64,000 nt of DNA, taken from positions 1,760,001-1,824,000 of the forward strand of contig OZ241889.1 of assembly GCA_965203355.1 (NCBI GenBank), in the 5' to 3' direction. Source of the stretch: Candidatus Latescibacterota bacterium (GTDB lineage: Bacteria > Latescibacterota > UBA2968 > UBA8231). Of the stretch, positions 33,905-46,691 are shown piece after piece; within the stretch, counting starts at the first letter, position 1; every line of letters begins with the position of its first letter. A program made the position numbers and the translations under genes. The notes beneath the pieces were generated by a model. The model did no database searches. It saw only the letters and a program-made list of their open reading frames with translations, and had not been told where the DNA came from.

Positions 33905-34765
33905 ATGACTGGTACTTGGTGCGACTACTGGGAACTGACTAAACCGAGAATTGCCTTTTTGGTGCTGGTTACGGCCGCCTTGGGTTTTTTTTGGGGCGGG
34001 CAAGGCATCCACGCGCCGCTGCTTTTTTGCTGTCTGCTCCTCGGCACGGGCCTGACTACGTGCGGCTCGTCGGTGCTCAACCAGTATCTGGAGCGCGATG
34101 TCGATGGGTTGATGAAGCGCACGCGCAACCGTCCCTTGCCAGCCGGCCGCGTCAAGCCGGGTACGGCGTTGTCAATGGGGTTTGCGCTGGTATTGGGCGG
34201 CGTGTTCTTCCTGCTTTTTACCGCTGGGTTGTCGACGGCGTTTTTGGCGCTTCTCTCGGCGTTTCTCTACGTGGTAGTGTACACCCCGATGAAGCGGCAA
34301 AATTGGCTCAATACCTCGCTGGGGGCCGTGCCGGGTGCCCTGCCGCCCGTAGGGGGCTGGACGGCGGCGACCGGCGCGATTGACCCGGGTGCTGTGGTCC
34401 TGTTTCTCATTCTCTTTGCTTGGCAGCACCCGCATTTCTACGCCATTGCTTGGATCTTCCGCGACGACTACCGACGCGGCGGTTTCAAGATGTTGCCGGT
34501 CGTCGAGCCGGATGGGAACAGCACCTGCTGGCAGGTCGTGGGCTACTTGGTGCTGCTGCTGATTTTTTCGGTATTGCCTTCGTTTATGGGGCTTACCGGC
34601 CCGTTCTATCTCGCCGGCGCGGTGGTGTTGGGTGCGCTGTTTTTGGCCTCCGGTCTCGCGCTTAGCTTCTCGCGCTCGGCGACCAGTGCGCGGTGGCTGC
34701 TCAAGGCTTCGGTTCTCTATCTGCCGCTATTGTTGGTGCTGAGCGTGGTGGATGCTGGATTTTAG
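33905..34765 (+). CDS. cyoE: Protoheme IX farnesyltransferase
   Basis: LTKPRI, ERDVDGLMKRTRNRPLP, YTPMKR, WQHPHFYA. Confidence 0.93.
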   Translation: MTGTWCDYWELTKPRIAFLVLVTAALGFFWGGQGIHAPLLFCCLLLGTGLTTCGSSVLNQYLERDVDGLMKRTRNRPLPAGRVKPGTALSMGFALVLGGVFFLLFTAGLSTAFLALLSAFLYVVVYTPMKRQNWLNTSLGAVPGALPPVGGWTAATGAIDPGAVVLFLILFAWQHPHFYAIAWIFRDDYRRGGFKMLPVVEPDGNSTCWQVVGYLVLLLIFSVLPSFMGLTGPFYLAGAVVLGALFLASGLALSFSRSATSARWLLKASVLYLPLLLVLSVVDAGF

Positions 34766-35335
34766 GAGTGCGGCTTGCGCCCGCTCGTACTCTGCGGGCG
34801 CGTTGAGATTGGCAAAAAGCAGGCCGCGCTCGTCGTAGGGCCGCCAGTCCCTTTCCCTTACTACATCCAAACTCAGATCGCGCAAGAGGTCGCGCATGCC
34901 GAGCTGACCGGCTTGTACGGCCGCTTGTACGGCCGCTAAGCAGGACGGATCGTAGAGGGCGCAGAGTGGTTGCAGCCCGGTGGCTGCGTAGGGCACGACC
35001 GCTTGATGCGACCCGCGTCGGCCGACGAGGTGGCGGAGAAAAGCTGGAGTGAGAAAGGGCAAATCGCAGGCGAGGAGGAGCACGGGTGTGGAGATTGTGC
35101 TGAGCGCGGTGTACAGGCCGCCCAGCGGCCCAAGCCCGGGGGAGTGGTCAGGATGGACGGACAGACCGAGGTGGGCATAGGTGGCGGGATGGCCGATGAT
35201 GACGCGGGGATAGCCGAGCGGGTGCGCCGCGGCGAGGACTCGTTCAATCAGGGTCTGCCCGCCCAGTTGCAGGAGGGCCTTGTCGCGGCCCATGCGTCGG
35301 CTCTGGCCGCCGGCTAGCACGGCGACGTGGATCAT
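34727..35335 (-). CDS. mobA: Molybdenum cofactor guanylyltransferase
   Basis: LAGGQSRRMGRDKA, GPLGG, ACDLP, NLNAP. Confidence 0.9.
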   Translation of the reverse strand: MIHVAVLAGGQSRRMGRDKALLQLGGQTLIERVLAAAHPLGYPRVIIGHPATYAHLGLSVHPDHSPGLGPLGGLYTALSTISTPVLLLACDLPFLTPAFLRHLVGRRGSHQAVVPYAATGLQPLCALYDPSCLAAVQAAVQAGQLGMRDLLRDLSLDVVRERDWRPYDERGLLFANLNAPAEYERAQAALLKSSIHHAQHQQ

Positions 35336-36096
35336 TCGGGGTACGGGCTGGGGCGGCGGTTGATCTGGGCGGCGGCGTACCCAGCACCAAAGCCGTTGTC
35401 GATGTTGACAACAACTACGCCGGCCGCACAGGAGTTGAGCATGGTCAAGAGAGCGGCGAGGCCGTGGAAACTCGCGCCGTAGCCCACGCTAGTTGGCACG
35501 GCCACGACCGGAACATCCACCAGCCCGCCGACGACGCTGGCGAGTGCGCCCTCCATGCCGGCGACGACGACGATGGCCCGCGCCTGCTGCAAAAGTTCGC
35601 GGTACGCTAAGAGCCGGTGCAGGCCCGCGACGCCGATGTCGCAAACCTCCTCGACCTGTGCGCCCATGGCGCGGGCCGTGACGACCGCTTCGCGGGCCAC
35701 GGGCAAGTCCGAGGTGCCGGCGGCGGCGACGACGACGAGGCCGTCGGCTGTGGGCTGTTCGGCGCTTGGTACTAGGACCGTGCGGGCGAGCGAATCGTGC
35801 TCGGCGTGGTCAAAGCGCTTGACGAGTGCTTGGGCTGTGGCCGCTTCGACGCGGGTCGCCAAGACCTGTGCGCCCTGCGCGATTATGCGCTCGGCGATAG
35901 TCAGCACCTGCTCGCAGGTTTTGCCTTGGGCGAAAATGACTTCCGGGAACCCAGTGCGCAGGGCGCGGTGATGATCGACGTGGGCAAACCCCAGGTTTTC
36001 GAACGGCAGGTTCCTAAGCCGCTCTAAGGCTTGGCCCGGCGCGAGGTCTCCGGTGGCGACTCGTTCTAACAGGTGGCGGAGTTGTTCTTGGTCCAT
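35332..36096 (-). CDS. larB: Nickel-pincer cofactor carboxylase/hydrolase LarB
   Basis: DHHR..RTGFPE, AGTSD, AGMEGAL, PTSVGYG, VNIDNGFGA. Confidence 0.92.
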   Translation of the reverse strand: MDQEQLRHLLERVATGDLAPGQALERLRNLPFENLGFAHVDHHRALRTGFPEVIFAQGKTCEQVLTIAERIIAQGAQVLATRVEAATAQALVKRFDHAEHDSLARTVLVPSAEQPTADGLVVVAAAGTSDLPVAREAVVTARAMGAQVEEVCDIGVAGLHRLLAYRELLQQARAIVVVAGMEGALASVVGGLVDVPVVAVPTSVGYGASFHGLAALLTMLNSCAAGVVVVNIDNGFGAGYAAAQINRRPSPYPE

Positions 36097-36114
36097 GGCA
36101 TTGGGAACGCGAGG

Positions 36115-37494
36115 TCAACGGCAGCAGCGGAAGCCGAGGAGGGGCTGCTCGTAGGTTTGCAAGGGCGAGTCGGCCGCGATTTCCGCTAAGACTTCTATAT
36201 CATAAGAGTCTTGGCCTTCGGTGGATAGGGTGCTCACGAGAATGGCGCCGTCGCAAGCACCGCTCGCAGATACGCTGCTGGCGGCCACATACACCGCGAG
36301 GTCGCCGGCCGCATCGAGCGCGGCGGTCCACTCGTCTATGTTGCCTGTCAAATCAAAGACGCCACTCGCGCTGCCGCAGTTGGGAAACGAGCCGGAAGGC
36401 GCGAGTTGTGCGGTTGGGTCGCTGCTGAAGTGGGAAAAGGCCGAACCCGGCACGTTGCAGAAGCGTACGCCAAAGTGGTCGCGGCCGTCGTACTCGGCTA
36501 AATCATCGATCGAAGAAAAGCGCCGCGTTTGGCCTGCTTGACAAGCGGTGCGCCACTCGTCTGGGCTGCACAGACGCTTGCCCTCGGCCGCGCACTGGCG
36601 CGCCGCTTGGAAAAACGAAGCCGACTGCGGCCGCGCGCCTCTGGCATTGGGATACTCGAACGCATCGATCTCGTATTCTCGACCTGTTGGCAGGGCTAGA
36701 CGCACCATGCCGCCCGTCGGTAGAGGCGTCTCAATGGAGACGTGGAGGGCGATTTCGCGCTCGATGTTTGCGGCGCCGTCACTGGCGGAAACGCGCAGTT
36801 TGTGGCTGCCGGCAAAAAAGGCGACGATGGTAGCACGCGAGCCGATTTGCCGACCGGTTTCCTCGTCTCGGATGGCCTCCTCCGCCCAGATGCTAAGGCT
36901 GTCCTTGGCCATCGGTTCCCAGTGGTATTCGAGCGGGTCGCCGTCCGGATCGCTGCCAAAAGCGTCAATGACTATCTGCGGCGCACTAAACGCGCTGGTC
37001 ACATCGGCGGGTGCTTCGAGCCGGGGTTCGCGCTGTACGACCTCCACGAGGAAGTTTTCGACCAGCACCCGCGCGTCGGCGGCGCAGCGCTGGCGGTCGG
37101 CTAAATCGGGTACGACATCGCAGTCGCGGTCGAGTACGAGAACCTGCACGACAAATTGCTCGCTGGAGCCAGCGATGGCTTGGGGGGCGAACCAAGCGTT
37201 GGTCTCTTGGGCCTGCGCCGCGCGAAAACGGCCGCTTGGCGCGCGCCACTCGTAGAACACCGGGTCGTCGTCGGCATCGGCTGCGCGGACTTCAAAGCGG
37301 ACCTCGCCGCCGCGTTGGACTCGGCAAACGGCATCCGCGCTATTGAGCAAGGTGTCTAGGGAGGTTGTGCCGGGCGACTGACAGATCATCCGCGCCAAGT
37401 GTACGGTCGGGGGATCGTTGGGGAGGTCGTCGTGGAGCAAGCTACAGGCCCCGAGGGCGAGAAACAGGGCTGCGAGGCACCAACCGAGGTTCAT
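36115..37494 (-). CDS. Lipoprotein with Ig/PKD-like domains and a C-terminal FGE-sulfatase (SUMF1) fold domain
   Basis: Lipobox LGAC; DxDxDP Ig motifs; IDAFEYPN, GKRLCSPDEW, GVFDLTGNIDEW, GFRCC; ATGA overlap with parB. Confidence 0.7.
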   Translation of the reverse strand: MNLGWCLAALFLALGACSLLHDDLPNDPPTVHLARMICQSPGTTSLDTLLNSADAVCRVQRGGEVRFEVRAADADDDPVFYEWRAPSGRFRAAQAQETNAWFAPQAIAGSSEQFVVQVLVLDRDCDVVPDLADRQRCAADARVLVENFLVEVVQREPRLEAPADVTSAFSAPQIVIDAFGSDPDGDPLEYHWEPMAKDSLSIWAEEAIRDEETGRQIGSRATIVAFFAGSHKLRVSASDGAANIEREIALHVSIETPLPTGGMVRLALPTGREYEIDAFEYPNARGARPQSASFFQAARQCAAEGKRLCSPDEWRTACQAGQTRRFSSIDDLAEYDGRDHFGVRFCNVPGSAFSHFSSDPTAQLAPSGSFPNCGSASGVFDLTGNIDEWTAALDAAGDLAVYVAASSVSASGACDGAILVSTLSTEGQDSYDIEVLAEIAADSPLQTYEQPLLGFRCCR

Positions 37495-38372
37495 TCGCCT
37501 TCGATCATCAGGTCGAGTAGCCGCTCTAGATCCCCATCGTTGTAGAATTCGATCTGGATGGCCCCTTTGTTCGCTGCGGTGCGACGGATGTTGACCGCGG
37601 TGCCAAAGCGATGCTGCAACCGCTCCTCGTAGTCGCGGATGTGGGGGTCGTTGGAAACTTCTTTGGGCGCCTTCTTTTTTTTGCGGCCCACGCGCTGATT
37701 GGCAACGGCCTTTTCGACCTCGCGGACCGCCATTTTTTCCTCGACGGCGCGGCGGGCCAGCCCGAGCCGGTCTTCGTCTTCTTCGAGCCCGAGCAGCGCG
37801 CGGGCATGCCCCATCTGTAGCTGACCGTGGCGCAAGAAGTCTTGGACTTCGTGCGGCAATTGCAACAGCCTGAGAAGATTGGTCACGGTCGAGCGATTTT
37901 TCCCCACCTTGCGGGCGACTTCCTCTTGTGTGAGGAAGCACTTGTCGGTCAGCGAACGGTAGCCTTCGGCCTCTTCGATGGGGGTCAGGTTTTCGCGCTG
38001 AATGTTCTCGATCAGCGACAGTTCCATCAAGTCTTGCTGCGACTCGATTTCGTGGACGATCGCCGGTATTTCTTGGAGCCCGGCCTTCTTGGTAGCCCGC
38101 CAACGGCGCTCGCCAGCGATAATCTGGTAGCTCTGGCCGATGCGGTTGACGGTGATGGGCTGGATGACGCCTTTCTCTTGGATCGAGTGCATCAGTTCGT
38201 TGATGCTCTCTTCGTCAAACTCAGTGCGAGCTTGATAGGGATTGGGCTCTATATCATCGACGTTGATATAGAAGATTTGGCGCGAGGCGTCGCCTTGGCC
38301 GCTAGGTTCGGCGTACTCGGGGATGAGGGCGGTGAGACCCTTGCCGAGGACCGGCTTCTTACCCATGGTCAA
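37491..38372 (-). CDS. parB: Chromosome partitioning protein ParB
   Basis: [33 protein letters not shown]. Confidence 0.95.
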   Translation of the reverse strand: MTMGKKPVLGKGLTALIPEYAEPSGQGDASRQIFYINVDDIEPNPYQARTEFDEESINELMHSIQEKGVIQPITVNRIGQSYQIIAGERRWRATKKAGLQEIPAIVHEIESQQDLMELSLIENIQRENLTPIEEAEGYRSLTDKCFLTQEEVARKVGKNRSTVTNLLRLLQLPHEVQDFLRHGQLQMGHARALLGLEEDEDRLGLARRAVEEKMAVREVEKAVANQRVGRKKKKAPKEVSNDPHIRDYEERLQHRFGTAVNIRRTAANKGAIQIEFYNDGDLERLLDLMIEGE

Positions 38373-39126
38373 TCACTTCTCCTGCGAGGCTCATGTAATC
38401 CTGCGATCCCTGCGACAAGATGTCGTAGAGTACGATGGGTTGGCCGTGGCTAGGGGCCTCGGCCAAGCGCACGTTGCGGCTGATGGAGGTCCTGTAAACC
38501 TTGTTGCCGAAATAGGACTTGACCTCTGAAGATACCTGGCGCGATAGGTTCAGGCGTCCGTCGAACATGGTGAGTAGGACGCCAGCGATCTGGAGCTTGG
38601 GATTGAGATGGCGTTGGATCTGGCGCACGGTGTTGAGCAGCCGACCCAAGCCCTCTAGCGCGTAGTACTCGCACTGAATGGGTATCATCACCGAGTCGGC
38701 TGCCGTCAGGGCGTTGATAGTCAGCAGCCCCAAAGAGGGTGGACAATCGAGAATGATATAAGCGTATTGGTCGCGGACTTGGTTGAGCAGCCCGTCCAAC
38801 TTTTGCTCGCGCGCGATCATGTTGACCATCTCGACCTCGGCACCCGTCAGGTTGATGTGCGAGGGAATCAAGGACAAGAAGGATATCTTGGTCTCGTAGG
38901 TAACGTCAGCGGTCTCTCTTTGCCCGATCAGCGCGTGGTAAATATTGGCCGTTTCGATTTCCTCGCTGTTTTGAAAGCCGCAGCCGGAGGTGGCATTGGC
39001 CTGTGGATCCATGTCGATGAGCAAGGTCTTTTGCTCGGCCACAGCCAAACTAGCCGCCAAGTTGACGGCCGTGGTGGTTTTGCCGACCCCTCCTTTTTGA
39101 TTGGATATGGCGATAACCCGGCCCAT
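38359..39126 (-). CDS. parA: Chromosome partitioning ATPase ParA/Soj
   Basis: [35 protein letters not shown]. Confidence 0.95.
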   Translation of the reverse strand: MGRVIAISNQKGGVGKTTTAVNLAASLAVAEQKTLLIDMDPQANATSGCGFQNSEEIETANIYHALIGQRETADVTYETKISFLSLIPSHINLTGAEVEMVNMIAREQKLDGLLNQVRDQYAYIILDCPPSLGLLTINALTAADSVMIPIQCEYYALEGLGRLLNTVRQIQRHLNPKLQIAGVLLTMFDGRLNLSRQVSSEVKSYFGNKVYRTSISRNVRLAEAPSHGQPIVLYDILSQGSQDYMSLAGEVIDHG

Positions 39127-39135
39127 GACAGCATC

Positions 39136-41766
<2,631 letters not shown>

Positions 41767-41945
41767 TGCTTTCCTATTCTATATAATACGTTGTGAGTTG
41801 AGAGGGCATCTTGGCCTTGACAGCCTTTGCCGCTGAGCTTGAAAAAGGGGCGAATTTGGGTGCTGGGAAGAGTCCAAGGGTCGAACATGATCGGTGCTTC
41901 AAGGAACGGCCTGAATATATCCCAAAGGAGCGGTTCGTGCAAGCA

Positions 41946-42965
41946 TTACGCCCACACCTGTTCCCAGCGCTGGCTAGCGGCCGAGCGATAGAGCGCCAAG
42001 GCGGTGCGCAACTCGCCGAGCGCGTGCTCGGCCGGCGCGTCCGGGGCCTTGCCGTCGAGGACGGCGGCGGCAAAATCGGCTAGCTCGGGGCCAAAGGATT
42101 CGGCGTACCCTCGACTGGCAAAAAGCCGCTTGCCGTCGGGATGGTCTGCATCCCACAGCAAGAGTTCGGCGCCGTCGAGAGCGGCGTTGATGGTCAGCTC
42201 GCCCTTGGTGCCGGTAATGCGCCACCAAGGATCGGGGGCGAGAACCGCGTCGATCATCATGGCGTCGAAGATGGCGGTCTTGCCCGAGTCAAAGCGGAAG
42301 AGCGCCCGGGCGAGGGATTCGCCCTCCATTTGCGCGAGCGGGTGCCCCAACACGCCGACCACTTCTTTGATTTCGCCCATCCACATGCGCAAGGGCCGGA
42401 TCCAGTGCGAGCCGCCGTCGATGGCGATACCGCCGCCGGTGCGTCCCCTTTCGTAGCGCCAGGGCCGTTCCTCTTTGAACCAGTAGGAGTCAAAAGGATA
42501 GACAAAGGCCGCACGAGCGGTGATGATCTCGCCGATGGCTCCGGCGGCAAGGTGTTTTTGGGCCTCGACAATTTCGGGCCAGTACTGGCTGTTTTCCGCG
42601 ACCATGAAGATGCCTGGGGCCGCGCGGGCGGCCGAGAGAATGCGGTCGCAGGCGTCGAGGGTGGGGGCCATGGGCTTTTCCAAGAGCACGTGCTTGCCGG
42701 CGGCAAAGCACTGGAGGGCGATGGGTTCGTGTAGGTCGTGGGGCAACATGATGTCGACGGCGTCGAAGTCGCCTTTTGCGAGGGCCTCGTCGAGCGAGGT
42801 GAAGGCCTGCCCGCCGGTTTCAGCGGCGTAGGCTTGGGCTTTGGATTCGTCGAGATCGACTAACGCGGTGACGTCGATGCGGGGGGCTTGGGCCTTGATG
42901 CCGTCGAGGTGAAAGCGGGCGATGGCACCGCAGCCAATAAAGGCGAGCTTGAGTTGGTCCGGCAT
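41946..42965 (-). CDS. Gfo/Idh/MocA-family oxidoreductase
   Basis: IGCGAIA, HVLLEKP, GGGIAIDGGSH. Confidence 0.9.
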   Translation of the reverse strand: MPDQLKLAFIGCGAIARFHLDGIKAQAPRIDVTALVDLDESKAQAYAAETGGQAFTSLDEALAKGDFDAVDIMLPHDLHEPIALQCFAAGKHVLLEKPMAPTLDACDRILSAARAAPGIFMVAENSQYWPEIVEAQKHLAAGAIGEIITARAAFVYPFDSYWFKEERPWRYERGRTGGGIAIDGGSHWIRPLRMWMGEIKEVVGVLGHPLAQMEGESLARALFRFDSGKTAIFDAMMIDAVLAPDPWWRITGTKGELTINAALDGAELLLWDADHPDGKRLFASRGYAESFGPELADFAAAVLDGKAPDAPAEHALGELRTALALYRSAASQRWEQVWA

Positions 42966-43188
42966 GGAATAAGTCTCCGATAGCATAGGGGAATTAGGGT
43001 TGGGAAAATACGCAATGGAGGCGCGGGAAATCAATAGGGCGAGACTTGGAACGGAGCAAGGTTGGGAAGAGGAGATAGATAGATTTGCCTTTGCCCGGTC
43101 GTGCGTTGCGATATTACTTTTGGGTGGCGAGGGTAGCGGGGTCGGATGCTCGGGGGTAGATTTGGAATCCCAAACAAGGAGTCAGTGT

Positions 43189-46062
43189 ATGAAGTGCCAA
43201 TTGCTTTTATATACTCTGGTGCTGTGGGCGAGCGTCGCCTTCGGCGCAGAAGGAACGCTTTCCGGTGTCGTGATGGGGCCGGCGGGCGAAGCCATCCCTG
43301 GGGCTAACGTCGTTCTGGTCAGCGACCTGCTGGCCGATGGCAAGACCGGCACCGCTACCGACGAAGCGGGTCGCTTCCGCTTGGAGGCACTGCCGGTCGG
43401 CGAGTACCAGCTCCGCGTCACGCATATTGGCTATCGGGCCCTAATGCGAGAAGGGGTGGACATCGTCGCCGGTGAACAGGTGCTGAGGCTGGCGTTGGCA
43501 ACGGGGATCATCTTCCTCGACCAGAGCGTAGTTTCGGCTTCGCGGCGGCAGGAAAAAGCCCTCGAAGCCCCGGCCTCGGTGGCGCTAGTTGAAGCCGAAG
43601 AGATCCGCAATCGGCCGGCGCTCAGCGTTGCCGAGCACATCCGCGATCTGCCGGCGGTAGATTTTTCTCAGACCGGCTTGGCGCAGAGCAATGTGGTGGT
43701 GCGGGGCTTCAACAATGTCTTTTCGGGTGCGCTGCTGACGCTGACCGACAATCGCATTGCGCGCGTTCCCTCGCTGCGGTTAAATGCCTACAACTTCATT
43801 CCGGTGACCAACGACGACATCGAGCGCATTGAGGTGGTGTTGGGGCCGGGGTCGGCGCTTTACGGCCCGAATAGCGCCAACGGCGTGATGCACATTATCA
43901 CCCGCTCGCCCTTTACTTCGGCGGGGACCAATGTCAACTTGGGCGTTGGCGAGCGGAGTGTGCGCAAGGTCGGTATGCGCCACGCCGGGGTGGCTGGCGA
44001 CCGCCTCGGCTACAAGGTCTCGGCCCAATACTATACGGGAATGGACTGGGAATACGAAGACCCCGTAGAGGTGCAGGCTAGAGCCGCCAATCCAGACATT
44101 CCATCGCGCAATTTTGACGTCGAACGCCAGAGTGCCGAAGCGCGCTTGGATTACGAGGTATCGGACGACTTGACGGCCATTTTGGCCGCCGGATACAACA
44201 AGGCTAATCAGATTGAGTTGACCGGCTTGGGTGCTGGCCAAGTTCGAGACTGGACGTACAACTACGTCCAGCTGCGCCTGCTCTACAAGAATTGGTTCGC
44301 TCAGGTATTCCAGAATGCGAGCAATGCGGGCGACACTTTTATCCTGCGCGATGGCAATTCGATTGTCGATAACTCCAAGCTGACCGCGCTCCAGGTCCAG
44401 CACTCGGCGGCCCTGGGGACTCGGCAGCACTTTACGTACGGGGTCGATGTGCTGTTGACGCGGCCCGATACCGAGGGAACCATCAACGGTGGCAACGAGG
44501 ACTACGATCATATCGACGAGTTCGGAGCCTACGTACAGAGCGAGACGGCCCTAAGCGAGATGCTCGACTTGGTGGTGGCCTTGCGCTACGACGACCACAA
44601 CCGCATTCCCGAAGGCGAAATCTCGCCGCGCGCCGGGCTCGTCTTCAAGCCTAGAGAGACTCAGATCCTGCGGCTGACGTACAACCGCGCCTTTGCGACC
44701 CCGTCGAGTAACAACCTCTATTTGGACATCCGCTCGTCCCCCGATCCTTTCGGCCTTGGTGCGGCCTTTGCTCCGACGCTAGGTTTTGCGCCGGCGATAG
44801 ATATCCGGGCGCAGGGAACTTATCGCGAGGGGTTTGCTAGCGGCTGGACTTTTGCTCGTTCGGGCAATGGCCGGCCACAGTTTCGCTCGTCTTTTGCGCC
44901 GGTGGCCGGGATGGATCCGTCCGACTACATCGACTTGGGGGATCCGACGTTTACCAATGTGATGTGGGGGTTAGGGCGCGGCGGCGTGTTGAGCAGGCTC
45001 AATACACCGCTTTTTCTGGGGCTGGCGACGGCTCAAATAGGCGTGCTGCAAGATCTGGACCCAGCCGCGGCCGAGGCGGCTGCCCAGCAGTTGTTGGGAG
45101 GGTTAGCTGAGCTGGTGCCCGAGCAACTGACGGGCTTGGACAACGCCCTGCTCATGCTCAACCTCGAGAAGGTGGCGGCTGGCGATTCGGCTCCCTTTGA
45201 TCGGGTAGCCGATGTGTTCGACGTGCCGCTGACCCGCTCTACTACGACCGAGACCTTTGAATTGGGCTACAAGGGGATAGTCGGCGAGAGGCTGGTAGTA
45301 GCGGCCGATCTATACAACACGCGGATAAAGGATTTTGTCTCGCCGATTCAGGTGCAGACGCCCAATGTTTTCCTCGATCCGGCTAGCCTCGGAGCGGCAC
45401 TGGGAACCAGCGTTGGAGCGGTGCTGGCCGAAAATGCAGAGTTGGCCGAGGCGGTTGCCCCCCTCGACAAGATGCAGGTCCCGGGCACCTTGTCTGGCAA
45501 CGGCAACGGCTCGCCCGTGGATGAAGTTGTCTCTTTGTTTGCCGGTGGGGCCGCGAGCATCCCGTTTGGCACGGTTACGCCGGAGCAAGCCTACGATCCC
45601 ACGGCGGTGATATTGACCTACCGCAACTTTGGCGTGATCGACCTGAACGGCTTGGACGTGTACTTGGCTTATTTCCCGAGCGACCAATGGTCGCTAACGG
45701 GCAGCTACTCTTATGTCGATAAGACTTTATTTAAGAACGTCGATGGCATCGCCGACATAGTGCTCAACGCGCCGGGCAACAAGTTCAAGGTGGGAACGTC
45801 CTACACCTTTGACCAGCCGCAACTAACCCTAGGGGCGCAGTGGCGCTATGTGGGGGCGTTTCGCCAAGAGTCCGGGGTGTTCGTCGGGGATGTGGACGCG
45901 TACTCGCTGCTCGATTTGAACGCGAGTTATTTGCTGCCGTTTGGCAACAACTTGCGGCTCGGGGTGGATGTTTCCAACGCACTCGACAACAGGCACCGGA
46001 CTTTTGTTGGCGCGCCGGAGATTGGTCGCTTGGTCTTTGCCCAATTAGGCCTGGCGTTTTAA
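43189..46062 (+). CDS. TonB-dependent receptor with N-terminal carboxypeptidase-regulatory-like domain
   Basis: RBS aagga; signal peptide; VVSASRR; IERIEVVLGPGSALYG plug motif; C-terminal Phe. Confidence 0.9.
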   Translation: MKCQLLLYTLVLWASVAFGAEGTLSGVVMGPAGEAIPGANVVLVSDLLADGKTGTATDEAGRFRLEALPVGEYQLRVTHIGYRALMREGVDIVAGEQVLRLALATGIIFLDQSVVSASRRQEKALEAPASVALVEAEEIRNRPALSVAEHIRDLPAVDFSQTGLAQSNVVVRGFNNVFSGALLTLTDNRIARVPSLRLNAYNFIPVTNDDIERIEVVLGPGSALYGPNSANGVMHIITRSPFTSAGTNVNLGVGERSVRKVGMRHAGVAGDRLGYKVSAQYYTGMDWEYEDPVEVQARAANPDIPSRNFDVERQSAEARLDYEVSDDLTAILAAGYNKANQIELTGLGAGQVRDWTYNYVQLRLLYKNWFAQVFQNASNAGDTFILRDGNSIVDNSKLTALQVQHSAALGTRQHFTYGVDVLLTRPDTEGTINGGNEDYDHIDEFGAYVQSETALSEMLDLVVALRYDDHNRIPEGEISPRAGLVFKPRETQILRLTYNRAFATPSSNNLYLDIRSSPDPFGLGAAFAPTLGFAPAIDIRAQGTYREGFASGWTFARSGNGRPQFRSSFAPVAGMDPSDYIDLGDPTFTNVMWGLGRGGVLSRLNTPLFLGLATAQIGVLQDLDPAAAEAAAQQLLGGLAELVPEQLTGLDNALLMLNLEKVAAGDSAPFDRVADVFDVPLTRSTTTETFELGYKGIVGERLVVAADLYNTRIKDFVSPIQVQTPNVFLDPASLGAALGTSVGAVLAENAELAEAVAPLDKMQVPGTLSGNGNGSPVDEVVSLFAGGAASIPFGTVTPEQAYDPTAVILTYRNFGVIDLNGLDVYLAYFPSDQWSLTGSYSYVDKTLFKNVDGIADIVLNAPGNKFKVGTSYTFDQPQLTLGAQWRYVGAFRQESGVFVGDVDAYSLLDLNASYLLPFGNNLRLGVDVSNALDNRHRTFVGAPEIGRLVFAQLGLAF

Positions 46063-46079
46063 GGGAGAATACAGAAGAG

Positions 46080-46114
46080 AAAAGGGGGACGGGCGCGGTC
46101 CGTTCCCCTTTTTT
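46080..46114. terminator. Bidirectional intrinsic terminator
   Basis: AAAAGGGGGACGG...CCGTTCCCCTTTTTT between convergent genes. Confidence 0.75.
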
Positions 46115-46691
46115 ATGTCGGCTCGTTGCCCCGAGCCATGACCACCTTGCCAGTACGCACCATCTCCTTGAGGTCGAATTTGCTCAAGAGCGATTCGAGT
46201 GCGTCCATTTTCTCGGTAGTGCCCGTGGCCTCAATGGTGATGGTGGCTTCCGATATATCGACCGCCTTACCGCGAAAGACCTCGGTAATCTGCAAAACTT
46301 CGGTGCGCTCTTCGACCGAGCAGCCGACCTTAAAGAGCGCCAATTCGCGGGTAATGGCGTTGCCGCCCGAATGGTTTTTGGCGTGGATGACATCGACTAG
46401 CTTGTTGAGCTGCAGGATGATTTGGTGTAGTTCGGCAGCGGGGCCAATGGTGGTAATGGTCATGCGCGAACACTGGGGGATGTGAGCCGGCGAAACGACC
46501 AGATTCTCAATGTTGTAGGCCCGGCGGGCAAAACACTGGGCGATCCGCACTAGGACGCCGGGACGGTCGTTGACCAACAAGCCGATGGTAGTTTTCTGCT
46601 GGGGTTCGGTCGGCCTGAGTTGTGGCGCGTCCACCGCCTCTTGGCGGGCATTGAGATCGGCGGCGGCAAAGTCAATGGCAGTTGTCGGCAT
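46113..46691 (-). CDS. ilvN: Acetolactate synthase small subunit
   Basis: LVNDRPGVL..F.RR.YNI, QLNKLVDVI, RELAL, EMVRTG. Confidence 0.93.
   Translation of the reverse strand: MPTTAIDFAAADLNARQEAVDAPQLRPTEPQQKTTIGLLVNDRPGVLVRIAQCFARRAYNIENLVVSPAHIPQCSRMTITTIGPAAELHQIILQLNKLVDVIHAKNHSGGNAITRELALFKVGCSVEERTEVLQITEVFRGKAVDISEATITIEATGTTEKMDALESLLSKFDLKEMVRTGKVVMARGNEPT

Noticed and set aside
36115-36700. CLec/FGE domain as a DGR target
   Set aside because: No reverse transcriptase and no TR/VR repeat pair seen in the window
37495-38103. Long N-terminal extension of ORF 36115..38103
   Set aside because: Overlaps parB out of frame; real start is ATG 37494 with a lipoprotein signal
42966-43188. 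Cobalamin/TPP riboswitch upstream of the TonB receptor
   Set aside because: No recognisable B12-box or TPP core; only short repeats (GGTTGGGAA x2)
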